From Dubosiella newyorkensis (lineage in GTDB: Bacteria; Bacillota_I; Bacilli_A; Erysipelotrichales; Erysipelotrichaceae), in assembly GCF_001945605.1 (NCBI RefSeq), contig NZ_MPKA01000086.1, positions 61,045-93,044 on the forward strand: a stretch of 32,000 nt of DNA, read 5' to 3'. Shown in pieces: positions 26,527 to 32,000 of the stretch. Position 1 is the first letter of the stretch; each line of letters starts with the position of its first letter. A model generated the notes under the pieces. The model saw only the letters and a list, made by a program, of their open reading frames with translations. It made no database searches and was not told the DNA's origin. The translations under genes and the position numbers were made by a program.

Positions 26527-26586
26527 AAATCAAGAATCAGAGTTGATGTTCAATCACTAAAGTAAAGGCATAGAAAGAAGGATTTT

Positions 26587-27387
26587 ATGAAAAAACTAGC
26601 AACTATGATTGGACTCTGTACTTTGATTTTATTCAGTGGATGCTCAAACTCGAAAAAAGAGAATGTGTCCTTGAATGGATCGACCTCGATGGAAAAACTT
26701 GTCGGCACGCTAAGCGAAGTCTATCAAAAAGAAAATCCAGAAACAGACATCACATATGATCCGACAGGATCGGGCGCTGGCATTCAAGCTGTACAAGAAG
26801 ATCGGTGCGATATCGGTCTTTCGAGTCGCTATTTAAAAGAAGAAGAAAAAGAAGCAGGACTGAAAGAAACGATCGTAGCTCTTGATGGTATCGCTGTGAT
26901 CGTCAACCCTGAAAATCCAATTTCCGACCTCTCGTTGGAACAAGTCGCCGACATCTTTACCGGAAAGATCACCAACTGGAAAGAGCTAGGCGGAAACGAT
27001 CAAGAAATCGTATTGATCGGACGGGAAGCAGGAAGCGGAACAAGAGACGGTTTTGAAACGATCACCAAAACTGAAGAAAATTGTCAATATCGACAAGAGC
27101 TCACTTCGACAGGCGATGTGATCACGACAGTCTCCAGCAATCCAAGCGCGATTGGGTATGCTTCTTTGGAAGCGCTTGGCGATTCGGTAAAAGCGCTTTC
27201 GATCAATGGGGTGCCATGCGATGTTCAATCGATACAGGATCAAAAATATGCGCTTGTAAGACCCTTCATTTATGTCACCAAAAAAGAACTCGAAGGCGCG
27301 TCGAAACAATTTTACGACTTTTCGACCAGCCAAAAAGCCGTTCCTTATATAGAACAGGTAGGGCTTGTCGTTTATGAAAACCATTAA
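26587..27387 (+). CDS. pstS: Phosphate ABC transporter substrate-binding lipoprotein PstS
   Basis: 266 aa with a signal peptide and LFSGC lipobox. GSTS...GSGAG and GREAGSGTR motifs are present. Confidence 0.9.
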   Translation: MKKLATMIGLCTLILFSGCSNSKKENVSLNGSTSMEKLVGTLSEVYQKENPETDITYDPTGSGAGIQAVQEDRCDIGLSSRYLKEEEKEAGLKETIVALDGIAVIVNPENPISDLSLEQVADIFTGKITNWKELGGNDQEIVLIGREAGSGTRDGFETITKTEENCQYRQELTSTGDVITTVSSNPSAIGYASLEALGDSVKALSINGVPCDVQSIQDQKYALVRPFIYVTKKELEGASKQFYDFSTSQKAVPYIEQVGLVVYENH

Positions 27388-28255
27388 AAACAAAACGATC
27401 GAACAAATCGCGTCCTGGATCTTCTTTGCGATCGGGATGATCACGATCCTTTGCGTACTTGTGATCACACTCTATTTGATCAGTTCTGGCCTTCCGGCGA
27501 TCCAAAAGATCGGACTCAAAGAATTCTTATTTTCAAGTACATGGAATTCTACGGGAAGCGATCCAAAATTTGGGATCCTGCCTTTCATTTTGACGAGTTT
27601 ATATGGAACGCTTGGCGCTTTGTTGCTTGCGGTTCCTGTTGGCATTGGCTGCGCGATCTATCTATCCAAATTCGCGCCTCCTGCTTTGAAGAGATGTCTT
27701 TTGATGGGCATCCAAGTATTGGCGGGTATTCCTTCCGTCGTCTTTGGCTTGGTTGGAATGGTCGTTCTCGTTCCTTGGATCCGTTCTATGTTTCATTTGA
27801 GCGATGGGGCTTGTTTGTTGAGCGCGATGATCGTGTTGGCTATCATGATCTTGCCTTCGGTCGTCAATGTTTCGCTAAACGCATTAGACGCTGTTCCTAG
27901 CGAATATGAAGAAGCTTCGATTGCTTTAGGGGCGACAAAGCTAGAGACTGTAAGAAAAGTGAGTTTTCCTGCTGCTCGAAGCGGAATTCTCGCTTCGATC
28001 ATCTTGGGGACGGGAAGGGCGATTGGAGAAGCGATGGCGGTGATCATGGTTTCGGGCAATGTCGCGAATATGCCGAATATGTTTCAGAGTGTGCGTTTTT
28101 TAACTACGGCGATCTCAAGCGAGATGTCGTATGCTTCGGGTCTTCAAAAAGAAGCACTGTTTTCGATCGCTCTTGTCTTGTTTGTCTTTATCTTGCTCAC
28201 GAATACGATCTTATCGAAACTTATGAAAGAAGTGCAATCCAATGATTCCCATTAA
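27374..28255 (+). CDS. pstC: Phosphate ABC transporter permease PstC
   Basis: ATG at 27374; the track starts at a TTG at 27365. It is a polytopic protein with an EAAxxLGA-type loop (EEASIALGATKLETV). Confidence 0.9.
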   Translation: MKTIKNKTIEQIASWIFFAIGMITILCVLVITLYLISSGLPAIQKIGLKEFLFSSTWNSTGSDPKFGILPFILTSLYGTLGALLLAVPVGIGCAIYLSKFAPPALKRCLLMGIQVLAGIPSVVFGLVGMVVLVPWIRSMFHLSDGACLLSAMIVLAIMILPSVVNVSLNALDAVPSEYEEASIALGATKLETVRKVSFPAARSGILASIILGTGRAIGEAMAVIMVSGNVANMPNMFQSVRFLTTAISSEMSYASGLQKEALFSIALVLFVFILLTNTILSKLMKEVQSNDSH

Positions 28256-29138
28256 AACAAAAGAAATGCTTCTGATCCAAAGAAGCGCAGAAAAAACAAA
28301 ACCGAATTATAGAAAGTGGAAAGATCGCCTATTCCAAGCTTCTTTATGGGGCGCGATGAGCGTCTGCGCTGTATTGACGTTTTCGCTCATCGTGTATGTC
28401 GCGATCAAAGCGGTCCCGAACATCAATCTTGATTTTTTGCTTGGTCAACCAAGTTATATTGAGGATACGATCGGTATTTTGCCTGCGATCCTCAATACGC
28501 TCTATTTACTGCTAGGCCCTCTACTCTTTGTCGTACCCCTAGGCGTGGGGGCGGCGATTTATTTAAATGAATATTGTAAGAGCGCGCGTCTTGTTTCGCT
28601 GATCGAATATACGTCCGATATTTTGTCCGGGATCCCATCGATCGTTTATGGTCTTGTGGGGATGTTGTTTTTTTGTCAATTTTTCAATTTGCAGACTTCG
28701 ATCTTGGCGGGCGCTTTGACGCTTGTCATCATGAATATTCCGACGATCATGAAAACGACGCGCGAAAGTTTGAAGACTGTGCCAAATTCTTATCGTGAGG
28801 GGGCTCGGGCATTAGGAGCGGGCAAGTGGAAGACGATCCATACGGTTGTTTTAAAAAGCTGTAGGAGCGGGATGATCACGGGAATTTTGTTGACGGTCGG
28901 AAGGATCCTTGGTGAATCGGCGGCTCTTCTCTTGACGGCTGGTTTTGCGCAAGTGCTCAATCCAATTTATGAAGGAATGTTTTCTTCGGGCGCTTCTTTA
29001 TCGGTGGCGATGTATGTGTTTGCGAAGGAGCGGGGAGAATTTGATGTTGCTTTCGGGATCGCGGGTATCCTGCTTATTTTGACGCTCATTATTTCGGTTG
29101 CGGCGCAGATCTTGGAAGCGAGAACGAAAGAGAGATGA
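28242..29138 (+). CDS. pstA: Phosphate ABC transporter permease PstA
   Basis: 298 aa, overlapping the pstC end. It has the loop REGARALGAGKWKT. Confidence 0.9.
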   Translation: MIPIKTKEMLLIQRSAEKTKPNYRKWKDRLFQASLWGAMSVCAVLTFSLIVYVAIKAVPNINLDFLLGQPSYIEDTIGILPAILNTLYLLLGPLLFVVPLGVGAAIYLNEYCKSARLVSLIEYTSDILSGIPSIVYGLVGMLFFCQFFNLQTSILAGALTLVIMNIPTIMKTTRESLKTVPNSYREGARALGAGKWKTIHTVVLKSCRSGMITGILLTVGRILGESAALLLTAGFAQVLNPIYEGMFSSGASLSVAMYVFAKERGEFDVAFGIAGILLILTLIISVAAQILEARTKER

Positions 29139-29141
29139 TAT

Positions 29142-29900
29142 ATGATGAATCCTGTTTTACAAGCGAAAGGGCTTGATCTTTGGTATGGTGATCATCAAGC
29201 GCTTCATTCGATTTCGCTTGATATTTTTGAAAAGACAGTGGTCGCTTTGATTGGTCCGAGCGGATGTGGTAAATCAACTTTTTTGAAAACGCTCAATCGA
29301 ATGAATGATTTGGTCGATAGTGTCCGGGTAGAAGGTGATGTGTTGTATGAAAGCCATGATATTTTTGATCCAATTCTTGATGTGAACGATCTGAGAAAAG
29401 AAATTGGCATGGTTTTTCAAAAGCCAAATCCTTTTCCAATGAGTATTTATGACAATATCGCTTATGGGCCTAGGATCCATGGGATCAAAAACAAGCGGGT
29501 TCTTGATCAAATCGTTGAACAAGCTTTAAAAGACGCGGCTCTTTGGGACGAAGTGCATGATCGGCTCAAAAAGAGCGCTTTGTCATTATCGGGAGGGCAA
29601 CAACAGCGTTTGTGTATCGCGCGCGCTTTGGCGATCCAGCCCAAAGTGTTGTTGATGGATGAGCCAACGAGTGCTCTAGATCCAATTTCTACGGCCAAGA
29701 TTGAAGAATTGATCGATCAGCTTAAAACGAAGTATACGATCGTGATCGTCACTCATAATATGCAGCAGGCGATGCGGATCGCTGATCAAACCGCCTTTTT
29801 CTTGATGGGAGAGCTGATCGAGTTCAACGATACGCAAGAGTTGTTTTTAAGACCGCAAGATCCTAGAACGAGCGACTATGTCAATGGGCGATTTGGATAG
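29142..29900 (+). CDS. pstB: Phosphate ABC transporter ATP-binding protein PstB
   Basis: 252 aa with Walker [10 protein letters not shown], signature LSGGQQQRL and Walker [12 protein letters not shown]. Confidence 0.95.
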   Translation: MMNPVLQAKGLDLWYGDHQALHSISLDIFEKTVVALIGPSGCGKSTFLKTLNRMNDLVDSVRVEGDVLYESHDIFDPILDVNDLRKEIGMVFQKPNPFPMSIYDNIAYGPRIHGIKNKRVLDQIVEQALKDAALWDEVHDRLKKSALSLSGGQQQRLCIARALAIQPKVLLMDEPTSALDPISTAKIEELIDQLKTKYTIVIVTHNMQQAMRIADQTAFFLMGELIEFNDTQELFLRPQDPRTSDYVNGRFG

Positions 29901-30233
29901 GAAGAGAATAGTATGAACAACTAGGATGCAGTCTACACAAACAAAAGAGGAAGATTGATATTTAACCTAGCAAAAACCGCTATTCCAACAATGTGAAATG
30001 AAATGGCTAAAAAGAGTTTCCCACAAATTATTTTTATATACGAAGGCATCAATCGTTTCATGAGTAAACTGAAAACTTTAATTCCAATCCATAAAGCGCT
30101 AAAAGCAATTTGGAATTATCTCGTACAAAAACCCGGGAAAAAAAGTGTTTTCTCAGGTTTTTCTGTATGAGTAAACTCTAAAATGATAAAATTTTAGCGG
30201 CTTGGAGGGTAAAAAAAGGTATATAAAAGCTAC

Positions 30234-30350
30234 TGCATTTAGTATTAATGGTGCATCCCTTAAACCTTTGAAAATTCAAGTGGTAGAATGTCATAAGAAG
30301 AACAATTTGAATTCCAGAATGAGGAGGAATGAAAAATGGCAAAACATGAC
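30234..30350 (+). mobile_element. Solo left-end fragment of the same IS3-family element
   Basis: 30237-30347 matches 9396-9506 with one mismatch that I can see (T at 30268 versus C at 9427). The match includes the candidate promoter, the GAGGAGG SD and the first four orfA codons (MAKH). Similarity then ends. Confidence 0.8.
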
Positions 30351-30532
30351 ATGGCTTTTTTGATTTGCCATCCTGCTTGTATCGATTCTGGATTATTGAT
30401 TTTCAAAAACTTGTACAGGAAGGAAAAGCAAAATAAGACGATCCATAGGTGATTCAATCGAATGGATTGGCTTTTCTGCTCAGAATGGAGAAGCATATTG
30501 CTCATATAAAAAAGTTTTTATAAAATCGTATT

Positions 30533-31123
30533 ATGAACGATATTAGAAATTTGTTTATCCATCAAAAAAGATTAGAAAAAGGACTTTCTCTGGAAGAGTT
30601 GGCTGATGGAATTTGTTCACCTTCCTATCTTTCGCGGATCGAGCAAAATAAAGTCGTACCGGGTGAAGAGTTTTACAATTTGCTCGAAACGAAGCTTGGG
30701 ATTCATTATTTAGAAGATCAGGAGGAAGAACGATTAAATGCGATGCTCGATTCATATTTTAAACTGTATTTTGCAGAAGATCCAGATCTTCCTTTGGTTG
30801 CCAAAAAGATCAACAATAGTGCCGATCAGATGAAGGGATCAAGGCATTTTATAAAGTATTTGTTGTTTACGTATTTTTTCTCTTCATTTGAAAATAAAGA
30901 AATTCAAAATGAGCTCAAAAAATATCAAGACTTTATGAAGCAGGAGGAAGCAGAGCTTTATGAGTTTTCGCTTTCTTTGACAATGGACGAAAAGAGAGAA
31001 AATGGATTGATGAAAGTTTTTCAGAGAAAGGCCAGGGGAATTCGTTTGATGGATCAGCATCATTATTTGAAAGCGTATTGGTACTATGTCAAGTTTGAGG
31101 ACAATCTAAATTTCTGTTTTTGA
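30533..31123 (+). CDS. XRE-family HTH regulator of Rgg/RNPP-like type, probably C-terminally truncated by the adjacent IS
   Basis: The N-terminal HTH reads LSLEELADGICSPSYLSRIEQNK, followed by a helical repeat-like region. It is only 196 aa and ends abruptly (AYWYYVKFEDNLNFCF) at a TGA next to IS3 copy 2. Truncation is an inference. Confidence 0.55.
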   Translation: MNDIRNLFIHQKRLEKGLSLEELADGICSPSYLSRIEQNKVVPGEEFYNLLETKLGIHYLEDQEEERLNAMLDSYFKLYFAEDPDLPLVAKKINNSADQMKGSRHFIKYLLFTYFFSSFENKEIQNELKKYQDFMKQEEAELYEFSLSLTMDEKRENGLMKVFQRKARGIRLMDQHHYLKAYWYYVKFEDNLNFCF

Positions 31124-31742
31124 CAAATCCGAAAAAAATTGTTCCGCTTTCCATTGACTAGGGATCCCCATCGTCAATGCCGCTTCCTAGTTTTTTCTAA
31201 ACGCATTTTTTTCAATATCTTGTAGTTGTTCTCGTATTCCATCGGAGATTCGTATCCGCAATGGGAATGGATCCGGATCGTATTGTAGAATCCTTCTATA
31301 TATTCGAATACGGCTTTCTTCGCTTCTTTCATTGTTTCGAAATGGTAGAAGTTGATCCATTCTCTCTTGATCAGTGAATGAAAGCTTTCGATGCAGGCGT
31401 TGTCCCATGGATTGCCTTTTCTCAAATACGATCTTTCCATTCCTTCTGTCTTGTTTTTGTATTCTGGAGTCATTACTATACGCGCTCTAGATCTTTTGGA
31501 TTGAATTGTCTTTTCAGAAGATTGTGAAGTTTTCGATCATTCCCTTTAGATATGGTTGTTTTTATCTTGTGTTTCAGATATTTCGGTTTGATATTGGCTT
31601 CTTTCATGATCGAATAGACATACTTCTGGCATCCTTTGATTCCATGCTTGTGGAGGATCTCGGCAATCTTGGGCGAGCCATAGATCTGATGCGAATCGTT
31701 GTAGATCTTGACGATTGCTTTTTTGTTTTTTCTCGTCGGACT
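31121..31742 (-). mobile_element. IS3-family element copy 2: inverted, internally deleted, with its 5' part cut off by another insertion
   Basis: Track ORFs 31476..31949(-) and 31174..31473(-) carry ...KKAIVKIYNDSHQIYGSPKIAEILHKHG...DLERV and EYKNKTEGMERSY...YNTIRIHSHCGYESPMEY. These are near-identical to copy 1. The segment WCTDITYI...HSDQGVQYTS (about 220 nt, holding the first two DDE aspartates) is missing at about 31470-31480. Similarity ends at 31742. The low-coordinate boundary is approximate. Confidence 0.8.
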
Positions 31743-32000
31743 GTAGACGTTAAGATAAATATGTACATAAACGATGAGATAAATATGTACAATTTCTAAA
31801 AACAGATTGTAAAATTCTCTTATTTGCAGGGAGGATTTTATGATCATTACTTTATCAATCAACAACTCGTTGCGTGTTGATTCTTTGACAGATTTGAACA
31901 AGCTTATGCCGCTTATGAAGGAGGGTGTTTTGAAATTGAACAAATCCAAGATTGCCCGTGAACTCGATGTTCGAGTGCAGAACGGTCGATAATATCTGAA
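31742..32000 (+). mobile_element. Possible left end of a second, different IS inserted into IS3 copy 2 (partial, runs off the window)
   Basis: Starts TGTAGACG right where IS3 similarity stops. Two 15-bp direct repeats AGATAAATATGTACA sit at 31753-31767 and 31777-31791. A GGAGG SD is followed by a 50-aa ORF (31840-31992) with the HTH-like sequence LNKSKIARELDV. Multiple subterminal repeats are reminiscent of IS21-type ends. The family call is a guess. Confidence 0.3.

Noticed and set aside
25583-27468. Long antisense ORFs within pgi (25583..26080-) and pstS/pstC (26986..27468-)
   Set aside because: They lie opposite highly conserved housekeeping genes, with no ribosome binding sites and implausible composition. 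They are shadow ORFs.
29901-30233. phoU deleted by IS activity downstream of pstB
   Set aside because: I found no PhoU-like remnant in any frame of this stretch. Some Bacillota pst operons naturally lack phoU, for example B. subtilis pstS-C-A-BA-BB. Loss through IS activity cannot be supported from this window.
9393-31742. Composite transposon delimited by the two IS3 copies
   Set aside because: The intervening DNA includes core housekeeping genes (pgi, pstSCAB, nfu-like) with native GATC-rich composition. Both IS copies are defective, and neither outer end is intact. IS-mediated inversion or deletion is plausible. A mobile composite element is not.
31753-31791. Direct repeats with 24-bp period as a possible mini CRISPR or tandem array
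   Set aside because: There are only two copies and no further spacers or repeats. They sit directly between an element terminus and a transposase-like HTH ORF. They are better read as subterminal transposase-binding repeats.

Overview
This is a chromosomal window from a Bacillota-like genome. The evidence is GGAGG-type ribosome binding sites, a lipoprotein PstS, a Firmicute-sized Pgi and rho-independent terminators; the taxon itself is inferred. I saw no rRNA, tRNA or CRISPR array.

Gene content, left to right:
- typA/bipA, running off the left edge.
- An esterase.
- A three-gene operon: small membrane protein, stand-alone NRPS-type adenylation enzyme, GNAT.
- A decayed Gfo/Idh/MocA oxidoreductase.
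- An acetyltransferase-rich patch: a CAT-like gene overlapped by an AraC-GNAT fusion, then a MarR plus GNAT pair.
- A 3'-truncated IS3-family element fused to the remnant of a GT2 glycosyltransferase.
- The yhfZ / yhfY-yhfT-yhfU-amidase-php-yhfS-yhfX-yhfW locus, translationally coupled to a two-part ThrE-type exporter.
- A GATC-poor TetR (in-frame TGA) plus PaaK-like ligase insert.
- nfu-like and PAP2-like genes, rbsK, pgi and pstSCAB.
- An IS-scarred end: a solo IS3 left end, a probably truncated XRE/RNPP-like regulator, a second internally deleted IS3 copy in inverted orientation, and the start of another element.

The most interesting content is the roughly 10 kb yhf-type locus. To my knowledge this gene set has no assigned substrate even in E. 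coli. Here it carries an extra short amidase-signature protein and a coupled exporter.

A striking compositional feature is a several-fold excess of GATC across the native parts of the window. That excess makes the foreign inserts stand out.
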